This document shows, piece after piece, positions 28,150 through 43,729 of a DNA stretch of 64,000 nucleotides. A program made the position numbers and the translations under genes. Origin of the DNA: Eledone cirrhosa (taxonomy: Eukaryota); assembly GCA_964016885.1 (NCBI GenBank), contig OZ024741.1, positions 28,272,001-28,336,000 on the forward strand, in the 5' to 3' direction. The stretch's first letter is position 1, and each line of letters opens with the position of its first letter. The notes beneath the pieces are model-generated. The model saw only the letters and a list, made by a program, of their open reading frames with translations. It searched no databases and was not told where the DNA came from.

Positions 28150-31100
28150 GGTTATTGGTATATAACTGATATATATAGAGATATAACTACATATACAGAT
28201 ACTGTCAGTCTTACTACAGTGTAGGTTATTGGTAGATAACTGGTATATATAGGGATATAACTACATATAGATACTGTCAGTGATACTACAGTGTAGGTTA
28301 TTGGTATATAACTGGTATATATAGGGATATAACTACATATAGATAGTGTCAGTGGTACTACAGTGTAGGTTATAGGTAGACAACTGGTATATATAGGGAT
28401 ATAACTACACATAGATACTGTCAGTCTTACTAGAGTGTAGGTTATTGGTAGATAACTGGTATATATAAGGATATAACTACACATAGACACTGTCAGTGGT
28501 ATTATAGTGTAGGTTATTGGTAGATCACTGGTATATATAGGGATATAACTACACATAGATACTGTCAGTGGTACTACAGTGTAGGTTATTGGTATATAAC
28601 TGGTATATATAGGGATATAACTACATATAGATACAGTCAGTGGTACTACAGTGTAGGTTATTGGTATATAACTTGTATATATAGGGATATAACTACATAT
28701 AGATACTGTCAGTGGTACTACAGTATAGGTTATTGGTATATAACTGGTATATATAGGGATATAACTACACATAGATACTGAGAGTGGTACTACAGTGTAG
28801 GTTATTCGTAGATAACTGGTATATATAGGGATATAACTACACATAGATACTGACAGTGGTACCACAGTGTAGGTTATTGGTATATAACTGGTATATATAG
28901 GGATATACCTATATATAGATACTGTCAGTGGAACTACAGTGTAGGCTATTGGTATATAACTGGTATATATAGGGATACAACTACATATAGATACTGTCAG
29001 TGGTACTACAGTGTAGGTTATTGGTATATAACTGGTATATATAGAGATATAACTACATATACAGATACTGTCAGTCTTACTACAGTATAGGTTATTGGTA
29101 TATAACTGGTATATATAGGGATATAACTACACATAGATACTGTCAGTGGCACTACAGTGTAGGTTATTGGTATATAACTGGTATATATAGGGATATAACT
29201 ACATATAGATACTGTCAGTGGTACTACAGTGTAGGTTATTGGTAGATAACTGGTATATATAGGGATATAACTACATATTGATACTGTCAGTGGTACGACA
29301 GTGTAGGTTATTGGTATATAACTGGTATATATAGGGATATAACTACACATAGATACTGACAGTGGTAGTACAGTGTAGGTTATTGGTATATAACTGGAAT
29401 ATATAGGGATATAACTAGATATAGATACTGTCAGTGGTACTACAGTGTAGGCTATTGGTAGATAACTGGTATATATAGGGATATAACTACACATAGATAC
29501 TGACAGTGGTAGTACAGTGTAGGTTATTGGTATATAACTGGAATATATAGGGATATAACTAGATATAGATACTGTCAGTGGTACTACAGTATAGGCTATT
29601 GGTAGATAACTGGTATATATAGGGATATAACTACATATAGATACTGTCAGTGCTAATACAGTGTAGGTTATTGGTATATACCTGGTATATATAGGGATAT
29701 AACTACATACAGATACTGTCAGTGGTACTACAGTTTAGGTTATTAGTATATAACTGGTATATATATGGATATAACTACATATAGATACTGTCAGTGGTAC
29801 TACAGTGTAGGCTATTGGTATATAACTGGTATATATAGGGATATAACTACATATAGATACTGTCAGTGGTACTACAGTGTAGGTTATTGATATATAACTG
29901 GTATATATAGGGATATAACTACATATACAGGTACTGTCAGTCTTACTACAGTGTAGGTTATTGGTATATAACTGATATATATAGAGATATAACTACATAT
30001 ACAGATACTGTCAGTCTTACTACAGTGTAGGTTATTGGTAGATAACTGGTATATATAGGGATATAACTACATATAGATACTGTCAGTGATACTACAGTGT
30101 AGGTTATTGGTATATAACTGGTATATATAGGGATATAACTACATATAGATACTGTCAGTGGTACTACAGTGTAGGTTATTGGTAGATAACTGGTATATAT
30201 AGGGATATAACTACACATAGATACTGTCAGTCTTACTAGAGTGTAGGTTATTGGTAGATAACTGGTATATATAAGGATATAACTACACATAGATACTGTC
30301 AGTGTTACTATAGTGTAGGTTATTGGTAGATCACTGGTATATAAAGGGATATAACTACACATAGATACTGTCAGTGGTACTACAGTGTAGGTTATTGGTA
30401 TATAACTGGTATATATAGGGATATAACTACATATAGATACTGTCAGTGGTACTACAGTGTAGGTTATTGGTATATAACTTGTATTTATAGGGATATAACT
30501 ACATATAGATACTGTCAGTGGTACTACAGTGTAAGTTATTAGTATATAATTGGTATATATAGGGATATAACTATATATAGATACTGTCAGTGGTACTACA
30601 GTGTAGGTTATTGGTATATAACTGATATATATAGGGATATAACTACATATAGATACTGTCAGTGGTACTACAGTGTAGGTTATTGGTATATAACTGGTAT
30701 ATATAGGGATATAACTACATACAGATACTGTCAGTGGTACTACAGTGTAGGTTATTAGTATATAACTGGTATATATAGGGATATAACTACACATAGATAC
30801 TGACAGTGGTACTACAGTGTAGGGTATTGGTATATAACTGGTATATATAGGGATATAACTACATATAGATACTGTCAGTGGTACTACAGTGTAGGCTATT
30901 GTATATATCTGGTATATATAGGGATATAACTACATATAGATACTGTCAGTGGTACTACAGTGTAGGTTATTGGTATATAACTGGTATATATAGGGATATA
31001 ACTACATATACTGATACTGTCAGTCTTACTACATTATAGGTTACTGGTATATAACTGGTATATATAGAGATATAACTACATATACAGATACTGTCAGTCT

Positions 31101-33990
31101 TACTACAGTGTAGGTTATTGGTAGATAACTGGTATATATAGGGATATAACTACATATAGATACTGTCAGTGGTACTACAGTGTAGGTTATTGGTATATAA
31201 CTGGTATATATAGGGATATAACTACATATTGATACTGGCAGTGGTACTACAGTGTAGGTTATTGGTAGATAACTGGTATATATAGTGATATAACTACACA
31301 TAGATACTGTCAGTCTTACTAGAGTGTAGGTTATTGGTAGATAACTGGTATATATAAGGATATAACTACACATAGACACTGTCAGTGGTACTATAGTGTA
31401 GGTTATTGGTAGATCACTGGTATATATAGGGATATAACTACACATAGATACTGTCAGTGGTACTACAGTGTAGGTTATTGGTATATAACTGGTATATATA
31501 GGGATATAACTACATATAGATACAGTCAGTGGTACTACAGTGTAGGTTATTGGTATATAACTTGTATATATAGGGATATAACTACATATAGATACTGTCA
31601 GTGTTACTACAGTATAGGTTATTGGTATATAACTTGTATATATAGGGATATAACTACACATAGATACTGAGAGTGGTACTACAGTGTAGGTTATTCGTAG
31701 ATAACTGGTATATATAGGGATATAACTACACATAGATACTGACAGTGGTACCACAGTGTAGGTTATTGGTATATAACTGGTATATATAGGGATATACCTA
31801 TATATAGATACTGTCAGTGGAACTACAGTGTAGGCTATTGGTATATAACTGGTATATATAGGGATACAACTACATATAGATACTGTCAGTGGTACTACAG
31901 TGTAGGTTATTGGTATATAACTGGTATATATAGAGATATAACTACATATACAAATACTGTCAGTCTTACTACAGTATAGGTTATTGGTATATAACTGGTA
32001 TATATAGGGATATAACTACACATAGATACTGTCAGTGGCACTACAGTGTAGGTTATTGGTATATAACTGGTATATATAGGGATATAACTACATATAGATA
32101 CTGTCAGTGGTACTACAGTGTAGGTTATTGGTAGATAACTGGTATATATAGGGATATAACTACATATTGATACTGTCAGTGGTACTACAGTGTAGGTTAT
32201 TGGTATATAACTGGTATATATAGGGATATAACTACACATAGATACTGACAGTGGTAGTACAGTGTAGGTTATTGGTATATAACTGGAATATATAGGGATA
32301 TAACTAGATATAGATACTGTCAGTGGTACTACAGTGTAGGCTATTGGTAGATAACTGGTATATATAGGGATATAACTACACATAGATACTGACAGTGGTA
32401 GTACAGTGTAGGTTATTGGTATATAACTGGAATATATAGGGATATAACTAGATATAGATACTGTCAGTGGTACTACAGTGTAGGCTATTGGTAGATAACT
32501 GGTATATATAGGGATATAACTACATATAGATACTGTCAGTGCTAATACAGTGTAGGTTATTGGTATATACCTGGTATATATAGGGATATAACTACATACA
32601 GATACTGTCAGTGGTACTACAGTTTAGGTTATTAGTATATAACTGGTATATATATGGATATAACTACATATAGATACTGTCAGTGGTACTACAGTGTAGG
32701 CTATTGGTATATAACTGGTATATATAGGGATATAACTACATATAGATACTGTCAGTGGTACTACAGTGTAGGTTATTGATATATAACTGGTATATATAGG
32801 GATATAACTACATATACAGGTACTGTCAGTCTTACTACAGTGTAGGTTATTGGTATATAGCTGATATATATAGAGATATAACTACATATACAGATACTGT
32901 CAGTCTTACTACAGTGTAGGTTATTGGTAGATAACTGGTATATATAGGGATATAACTACATATAGATACTGTCAGTGATACTACAGTGTAGGTTATTGGT
33001 ATATAACTGGTATATATAGGGATATAACTACATATAGATACTGTCAGTGGTACTACAGTGTAGGTTATTGGTAGATAACTGGTATATATAGGGATATAAC
33101 TACACATAGATACTGTCAGTCTTACTAGAGTGTAGGTTATTGGTAGATAACTGGTATATATAAGGATATAACTACACATAGATACTGTCAGTGTTACTAT
33201 AGTGTAGGTTATTGGTAGATCACTGGTATATAAAGGGATATAACTACACATAGATACTGTCAGTGGTACTACAGTGTAGGTTATTGGTATATAACTGGTA
33301 TATATAGGGATATAACTACATATAGATACTGTCAGTGGTACTACAGTGTAGGTTATTGGTATATAACTTGTATTTATAGGGATATAACTACATATAGATA
33401 CTGTCAGTGGTACTACAGTGTAAGTTATTGGTATATAATTGGTATATATAGGGATATAACTACATATAGATACTGTCAGTGGTACTACAGTGTAGGTTAT
33501 TGGTATATAACTGATATATATAGGGATATAACTACATATAGATACTGTCAGTGGTACTACAGTGTAGGTTATTGGTATATAACTGGTATATATAGGGATA
33601 TAACTACATACAGATACTGTCAGTGGTACTACAGTGTAGGTTATTAGTATATAACTGGTATATATAGGGATATAACTACACATAGATACTGACAGTGGTA
33701 CTAGAGTGTAGGGTATTGGTAGATAACTGGTATATATAGGGATATAACTACATATAGATACTGTCAGTGGTACTACAGTGTAGGCTATTGTATATATCTG
33801 GTATATATAGGGATATAACTACATATAGATACTGTCAGTGGTACTACAGTGTAGGTTATTGGTATATAACTGGTATATATAGGGATATAACTACATATAC
33901 AGATACTGTCAGTCTTACTACATTATAGGTTACTGGTATATAACTGGTATATATAGAGATATAACTACATATACAGATACTGTCAGTCTT
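28150..33990. repeat. Higher-order repeat: 40 monomers, 2889 bp, about two copies
   Basis: GATATACCTA at 28902/31791, GCTAATACA at 29652/32541, TATATGGATA at 29762/32651. 2889 = 40x72 + 5x2 - 1. Confidence 0.92.
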
Positions 33991-36900
33991 ACTACAGTGT
34001 AGGTTATTGGTAGATAACTGGTATATATAGGGATATAACTACATATAGATACTGTCAGTGGTACTACAGTGTAGGTTATTGGTATATAACTGGTATATAT
34101 AGGGATATAACTAAATATTGATACTGGCAGTGGTACTACAGTGTAGGTTATTGGTAGATAACTGGTATATATAGTGATATAACTACACATAGATACTGTC
34201 AGTCTTACTAGAGTGTAGGTTATTGGTAGATAACTGGTATATATAAGGATATAACTACACATAGATACTGTCAGTTGTACTATAGTGTAGGTTATTGGTA
34301 GATCACTGGTATATATAGGGATATAACTACACATAGATACTGTCAGTGGTACTACAGTGTAGGTCATTGGCATATAACTGGTATATATAGGGATATAACT
34401 ACATATAGATACTGTCAGTGTTAATACAGAGTAGGTTATTGGTATATAACTTGTATATATAGGGATATAACTACATACAGATACTGTCAGTGGTAATACA
34501 GTGTAGGTTATTGGTAGATAACTGGTATATATAGGGATATAACTACACATAGATACTGTCAGTGGTACTAGAGTGTAGGTTATTGGTATATAACTGGTAT
34601 ATATAGGGATATAACTACACATAGATACTGACAGTGGTAGTACAGTGTAGGTTATTGGTATATAACTGGAATATATAGGGATATAACTAGATATAGATAC
34701 TGTCAGTGGTACTACAGTGTAGGCTATTGGTAGATAACTGGTATATATAGGGATATAACTACATATAGATACTGTCAGTGGTAATACAGTGTAGGTTATT
34801 GGTATATAACTGGAATATATAGGGATATAACTAGATATAGATACTGTCAGTGGTACTACAGTGTAGGCTATTGGTAGATAACTGGTATATATAGGGATAT
34901 AACTACATATAGATACTGTCAGTGGTAATACAGTGTAGGTTATTGGTATATACCTGGTATATATAGGGATATAACTACATACAGATACTGTCAGTGGTAC
35001 TACAGTGTAGGTTATTGGTATATAACTGGTATATATAGGGATATGACTACACATAGATACTGACAGTGGTAGTACAGTGTAGGTTATTGGTATATAACTG
35101 GAATATATAGGGATATAACTAGATATAGATACTGTCAGTGGTACTACAGTGTAGGCTATTGGTAGATAACTGGTATATATAGGGATATAACTACATATAG
35201 ATACTGTCAGTGGTACTACAGTGTAGGTTATTGGTATATACCTGGTATATATAGGGATATAACTACATACAGATACTGTCAGTGGTACTACTGTTTAGGT
35301 TATTAGTATATAACTGGTATATATAGGGATATAACTACATATAGATACTGTCAGTGGTACTACAGTGTAGGCTATTGGTATATAACTGGTATATATAGGG
35401 ATATAACTACATATAGATACTGTCAGTGGTACTACAGTGAAGGTTATTGGTATATAACTGGTATATATAGGGATATAACTACATATACAGGTACTGTCAG
35501 TCTTACTACAGTGTAGGTTATTGGTATATAACTGATATATATAGAGATATAACTACATATACAGATACTGTCAGTCTTACTACAGTGTAGGTTATTGGTA
35601 GATAACTGGTATATATAGGGATATAACTACATATAGATACTGTCAGTGATACTACAGTGTAGGTTATTGGTATATATCTAGTATATATAGGGATATAACT
35701 ACATATAGATACTGTCAGTGGTACTACAGTGTAGGTTATTGGTAGATAACTGGTATATATAGGGATATAACTACACATAGATACTGTCAGTCTTACTAGA
35801 GTGTAGGTTATTGGTAGATAACTGGTATATATAAGGATATAACTACACATAGATACTGTCAGTGTTACTATAGTGTAGGTTATTGGTAGATCACTGGTAT
35901 ATAAAGGGATATAACTACACATAGATACTGTCAGTGGTACTACAGTGTAGGTTATTGGTATATAACTTGTATTTATAGGGATATAACTACATATAGATAC
36001 TGTCAGTGGTACTACAGTGTAAGTTATTGGTATATAATTGGTATATATAGGGATATAACTACATATAGATACTGTCAGTGGTACTACAGTGTAGGCTATT
36101 GGTATATAACTGATATATATAGGGATATAACTACATATAGATACTGTCAGTGGTACTACAGTGTAGGTTATTGGTATATAACTGGTATATATAGGGATAT
36201 AACTACATACAGTTACTGTCAGTGGTACTACAGTGTAGGTTATTAGTATATAACTGGTATATATAGGGATATAACTACACATAGATACTGACAGTGGTAC
36301 TAGAGTGTAGGGTATTGGTATATAACTGGTATATATAGGGATATAACTACATATAGATACTGTCAGTGGTACTACAGTGTAGGCTATTGTATATATCTGG
36401 TATATATAGGGATATAACTACATATAGATACTGTCAGTGGTACTACAGTGTAGGTTATTGGTATATAACTGGTATATATAGGGATATAACTACATATACA
36501 GATACTGTCAGTCTTACTACATTATAGGTTACTGGTATATAACTGGTATATATAGAGATATAACTACATATACAGATACTGTCAGTCTTACTACAGTGTA
36601 GGTTATTGGTAGATAACTGGTATATATAGGGATATAACTACATATAGATACTGTCAGTGGTACTACAGTGTAGGTTATTGGTATATAACTGGTATATATA
36701 GGGATATAACTAAATATTGATACTGGCAGTGGTACTACAGTGTAGGTTATTGGTAGATAACTGGTATATATAGTGATATAACTACACATAGATACTGTCA
36801 GTCTTACTAGAGTGTAGGTTATTGGTAGATAACTGGTATATATAAGGATATAACTACACATAGATACTGTCAGTTGTACTATAGTGTAGGTTATTGGTAG

Positions 36901-39150
36901 ATCACTGGTATATATAGGGATATAACTACACATAGATACTGTCAGTGGTACTACAGTGTAGGTCATTGGCATATAACTGGTATATATAGGGATATAACTA
37001 CATATAGATACTGTCAGTGGTAATACAGAGTAGGTTATTGGTATATAACTTGTATATATAGGGATATAACTACATACAGATACTGTCAGTGGTAATACAG
37101 TGTAGGTTATTGGTAGATAACTGGTATATATAGGGATATAACTACACATAGATACTGTCAGTGGTACTAGAGTGTAGGTTATTGGTATATAACTGGTATA
37201 TATAGGGATATAACTACACATAGATACTGACAGTGGTAGTACAGTGTAGGTTATTGGTATATAACTGGAATATATAGGGATATAACTAGATATAGATACT
37301 GTCAGTGGTACTACAGTGTAGGCTATTGGTAGATAACTGGTATATATAGGGATATAAATACATATAGATACTGTCAGTGGTAATACAGTGTAGGTTATTG
37401 GTATATAACTGGAATATATAGGGATATAACTAGATATAGATACTGTCAGTGGTACTACAGTGTAGGCTATTGGTAGATAACTGGTATATATAGGGATATA
37501 ACTACATATAGATACTGTCAGTGGTAATACAGTGTAGGTTATTGGTATATACCTGGTATATATAGGGATATAACTACATACAGATACTGTCAGTGGTACT
37601 ACAGTGTAGGTTATTGGTATATAACTGGTATATATAGGGATATGACTACACATAGATACTGACAGTGGTAGTACAGTGTAGGTTATTGGTATATAACTGG
37701 AATATATAGGGATATAACTAGATATAGATACTGTCAGTGGTACTACAGTGTAGGCTATTGGTAGATAACTGGTATATATAGGGATATAACTACATATAGA
37801 TACTGTCAGTGGTACTACAGTGTAGGTTATTGGTATATACCTGGTATATATAGGGATATAACTACATACAGATACTGTCAGTGGTACTACTGTTTAGGTT
37901 ATTAGTATATAACTGGTATATATAGGGATATAACTACATATAGATACTGTCAGTGGTACTACAGTGTAGGCTATTGGTATATAACTGGTATATATAGGGA
38001 TATAACTACATATAGATACTGTCAGTGGTACTACAGTGAAGGTTATTGGTATATAACTGGTATATATAGGGATATAACTACATATACAGGTACTGTCAGT
38101 CTTACTACAGTGTAGGTTATTGGTATATAACTGATATATATAGAGATATAACTACATATACAGATACTGTCAGTCTTACTACAGTGTAGGTTATTGGTAG
38201 ATAACTGGTATATATAGGGATATAACTACATATAGATACTGTCAGTGATACTACAGTGTAGGTTATTGGTATATATCTAGTATATATAGGGATATAACTA
38301 CATATAGATACTGTCAGTGGTACTACAGTGTAGGTTATTGGTAGATAACTGGTATATATAGGGATATAACTACACATAGATACTGTCAGTCTTACTAGAG
38401 TGTAGGTTATTGGTAGATAACTGGTATATATAAGGATATAACTACACATAGATACTGTCAGTGTTACTATAGTGTAGGTTATTGGTAGATCACTGGTATA
38501 TAAAGGGATATAACTACACATAGATACTGTCAGTGGTACTACAGTGTAGGTTATTGGTATATAACTTGTATTTATAGGGATATAACTACATATAGATACT
38601 GTCAGTGGTACTACAGTGTAAGTTATTGGTATATAATTGGTATATATAGGGATATAACTACATATAGATACTGTCAGTGGTACTACAGTGTAGGTTATTG
38701 GTATATAACTGATATATATAGGGATATAACTACATATAGATACTGTCAGTGGTACTACAGTGTAGGTTATTGGTATATAACTGGTATATATAGGGATATA
38801 ACTACATACAGTTACTGTCAGTGGTACTACAGTGTAGGTTATTAGTATATAACTGGTATATATAGGGATATAACTACACATAGATACTGACAGTGGTACT
38901 ACAGTGTAGGGTATTGGTATATAACTGGTATATATAGGGATATAACTACATATAGATACTGTCAGTGGTACTACAGTGTAGGCTATTGTATATATCTGGT
39001 ATATATAGGGATATAACTACATATAGATACTGTCAGTGGTACTACAGTGTAGGTTATTGGTATATAACTGGTATATATAGGGATATAAATACATATACAG
39101 ATACTGTCAGTCTTACTACATTATAGGTTACTGGTATATAACTGGTATAT
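33700..39150. repeat. Higher-order repeat: 36 monomers, 2599 bp, about two copies
   Basis: TATGACTAC at 35042/37641, CTACAGTGAA at 35432/38031, GTTACTGTC at 36212/38811. 2599 = 36x72 + 4x2 - 1. Confidence 0.92.
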
Positions 39151-42100
39151 ATAGAGATATAACTACATATGCAGATACTGTCAGTCTTACTGCAGTGTAG
39201 GTTATTGGTAGATAACTGGTATATATAGGGATATAACTACGTATAGATACTGTCAGTGGTACTACAGTGTAGGTTATTGGTATATAACTGGTATATATAG
39301 GGATATAACTAAATATAGATGCTGACAGTGGTACTACAGTGTAGGTTATTGGTAGATAACTGGTATATATAGTGATATAACTACACATAGATACTGTCAG
39401 TCTTACTAGAGTGTAGGTTATTGGTAGATAACTGGTATATATAAGGATATAACTACACATAGATACTGTCAGTTGTACTATAGTGTAGGTTATTGGTAGA
39501 TCACTGGTATATATAGGGATATAACTACACATAGATACTGTCAGTGGTACTACAGTGTAGGTCATTGGCATATAACTGGTATATATAGGGATATAACTAC
39601 ATATAGATACTGTCAGTGGTACTACAGTGTAGGTTATTGGTATACAACTTGTATATATAGGGATATAACTACATACAGATACTGTCAGTGGTACTACAGT
39701 GTATGTTATTCGTAGATAACTGGTATATATAGGGATATAACTACACATAGATACTGTCAGTGGTACTACAGTGTAGGTTATTTGTATATAACTGGTATAT
39801 ATAGGGATATAACTACATATATATACTGTCAGTGGTACTACAGTGTAGTTTATTGGTAGATAATTGGTATATATTGGGATATAACTACACATAGATACTG
39901 TCAGTGGTACTACAGTGTAGGTTATTGGTAGATAACTGGTATATATAGGGACATAACTACATATAGATACTGTCAGTGGTACTACAGTGTAGGTTATTGG
40001 TATATAACTGGTATATATAGGGATATAACTACATATAGATACTGTCAGTGGTACTACAGTGTAGGTTATTGGTATATAACTGGTATATATAGGGATATAA
40101 CTATACATAGAAACTGTCAGTTGTACTACAGTGTAGGTTATTGGTATATAACTGGTAAATATAGGGATATAACTACACATAGATACTGATAGTGGTACTA
40201 CAGTGTAGGTTATTGGTATATGACTGGTATATATAGGGATATAACTACATATAGATGCTATCAGTGGTACTACAGTGTAGGTTGTTGGTAGATAACCGGT
40301 ATATATAGGGATATAACTACATATAGATACTTTCAGTGGTACTACAGTGTAGGTTATTGGTATATAACTGGTATATATAGGAATATAACTACACATAGAT
40401 ACTGACAGTGGTACTACAGTGTAGGTTATTGGTATATAACTGGAATATATAGGGATATAACTACATATAGATATTGTCAGTGGTACTACAGTGTAGGTTA
40501 TTGGTATATAACTGGTATATATAGGGATATAACTACATATAGATACTGTCAGTGGTACTACAGTGTAGGTAATTGGTATATAACTGGTATATATAGGGAT
40601 ATAACTACATATAGATACTATCAGTGGTACTACAGTGTAGGTTATTGGTATATAACTGGTATATATAGGGATATAACTACATACAGATACTGTCAGTGGT
40701 ACTACAGTGTAGGTTATTGGTATATAACTGGTATATATAGGGATATAACTACACATAGATACTGACAGTGGTACTACAGTGTAGGTTATTGGTATATAAC
40801 TGGTATATATAGGGATATAACTACATATAGATACTGTCAGTCGGACTACAGTGTAGGTTATTGGTATATAACTGGTATATATAGGGATATAACTACATAT
40901 AGATACTGTCAGTGGTACTACAGTGTAGGCTATTGGTATATAACTGGTATGTATAGGGATATAACTACATATAGATACTGTCAGTGGTACTACAGTGTAG
41001 GTTATTGGTATATAACTGGTATATATAGGGATATAACTACATATACAGGTACTGTCAGTCTTACTACAGTGTAGGTTATTGGTATATAACTGATATATAT
41101 AGAGATATAACTACATATACAGATACTGTCAGTCTTACTACAGTGTAGGTTATTGGTAGATAACTGGTATATATAGGGATATAACTACATATAGATACTG
41201 TCAGTGATACTACAGTGTAGGTTATTGGTAGATAACTGGTATATATAGGGATATAACTACACATAGATACTGTCAGTCTTACTAGAGTGTAGGTTATTGG
41301 TAGATAACTGGTATATATAAGGATATAACTACACATAGATACTGTCAGTGGTACTATAGTGTAGGTTATTGGTAGATCACTGGTATATATAGGGATATAA
41401 CTACACATAGATACTGTCAGTGGTACTACAGTGTAGGTTATTGGTATATAACTGGTATATATAGGGATATAACTACATATAGATACCGTCAGTGGTACTT
41501 CAGTGTAGGTTATTAGTATATAACTGGTATATATAGGGATATAACTACACATAGATACTGACAGTGGTACTACAGTGTAGGGTATTGGTATATAACTGGT
41601 ATATATAGGGACATAACTACATATAGATACTGTCAGTGGTACTACAGTGTAGGCTATTGTATATATCTGGTATATATAGGGATATAACTACATATACATA
41701 CTGTCAGTGGTACTACAGTGTAGGTTATTGGTATATAACTGGTATATATAGGGATATAACTACATATACAGATACTGTCAGTCTTACTACATTATAGGTT
41801 ACTGGTATATAACTGGTATATATAGAGATATAACTACATATACAGATACTGTCAGTCTTACTGCAGTGTAGGTTATTGGTAGATAACTGGTATATATAGT
41901 GATATAACTACACATAGATACTGTCAGTCTTACTAGAGTGTAGGTTATTGGTAGATAACTGGTATATATAAGGATATAACTACACATAGATACTGTCAGT
42001 TGTACTACAGTGTAGGTTATTGGTATATAACTGGTATATATAGGGATATAACTACATATACAGGTACTGTCAGTCTTACTACAGTGTAGGTTATTGGTAT

Positions 42101-43729
42101 ATAACTGATATATATAGAGATATAACTACATATACAGATACTGTCAGTCTTACTACAGTGTAGGTTATTGGTAGATAACTGGTATATATAGGGATATAAC
42201 TACATATAGATACTGTCAGTGATACTACAGTGTAGGTTATTGGTATATAACTGGTATATATAGGGATATAACTACATATAGATACTGTCAGTGGTACTAC
42301 AGTGTAGGTTATTGGTATATAACTGGTATATATAGGGATATAACTACATATAGATGCTGACAGTGGTACTACAGTGTAGGTTATTGGTAGATAACTGGTA
42401 TATATAGTGATATAACTACACATAGATACTGTCAGTCTTACTAGAGTGTAGGTTATTGGTAGATAACTGGTATATATAAGGATATAACTACACATAGATA
42501 CTGTCAGTTGTACTATAGTGTAGGTTATTGGTAGATCACTGGTATATATAGGGATATAACTACACATAGATACTGTCAGTGGTACTACAGTGTAGGTCAT
42601 TGGCATATAACTGGTATATATAGGGATATAACTACATATAGATACTGTCAGTGGTACTACAGTGTAGGTTATTGGTATATAACTTGTATATATAGGGATA
42701 TAACTACATACAGATACTGTCAGTGGTACTACAGTGTATGTTATTGGTAGATAACTGGTATATATAGGGATATAACTACACATAGATACTGTCAGTGGTA
42801 CTACAGTGTAGGTTATTTGTATATAACTGGTATATATAGGGATATAACTACATATATATACTGTCAGTGGTACTACAGTGTAGTTTATTGGTAGATAATT
42901 GGTATATATTGGGATATAACTACACATAGATACTGTCAGTGGTACTACAGTGTAGGTTATTGGTAGATAACTGGTATATATAGGGACATAACTACATATA
43001 GATACTGTCAGTGGTACTACAGTGTAGGTTATTGGTATATAACTGGTATATATAGGGATATAACTACATATAGATACTGTCAGTGGTACTACAGTGTAGG
43101 TTATTGGTATATAACTGGTATATATAGGGATATAACTATACATAGAAACTGTCAGTTGTACTACAGTGTAGGTTGTTGGTATATAACTGGTAAATATAGG
43201 GATATAACTACACATAGATACTGATAGTGGTACTACAGTGTAGGTTATTGGTATATGACTGGTATATATAGGGATATAACTACATATAGATGCTATCAGT
43301 GGTACTACAGTGTAGGTTATTGGTAGATAACCGGTATACATAGGGATATAACTACATATAGATACTGTCAGTGGTACTACAGTGTAGGTAATTGGTATAT
43401 AACTGGTATATATAGGGATATAACTACATATAGATACTATCAGTGGTACTACAGTGTAGGTTATTGGTATATAACTGGTATATATAGGGATATAACTACA
43501 TACAGATACTGTCAGTGGTACTACAGTGTAGGTTATTGGTATATAACTGGTATATATAGGGATATAACTACACATAGATACTGACAGTGGTACTACAGTG
43601 TAGGTTATTGGTATATAACTGGTATATATAGGGATATAACTACATATAGATACTGTCAGTCGGACTACAGTGTAGGTTATTGGTATATAACTGGTATATA
43701 TAGGGATATAACTACATATAGATACTGTC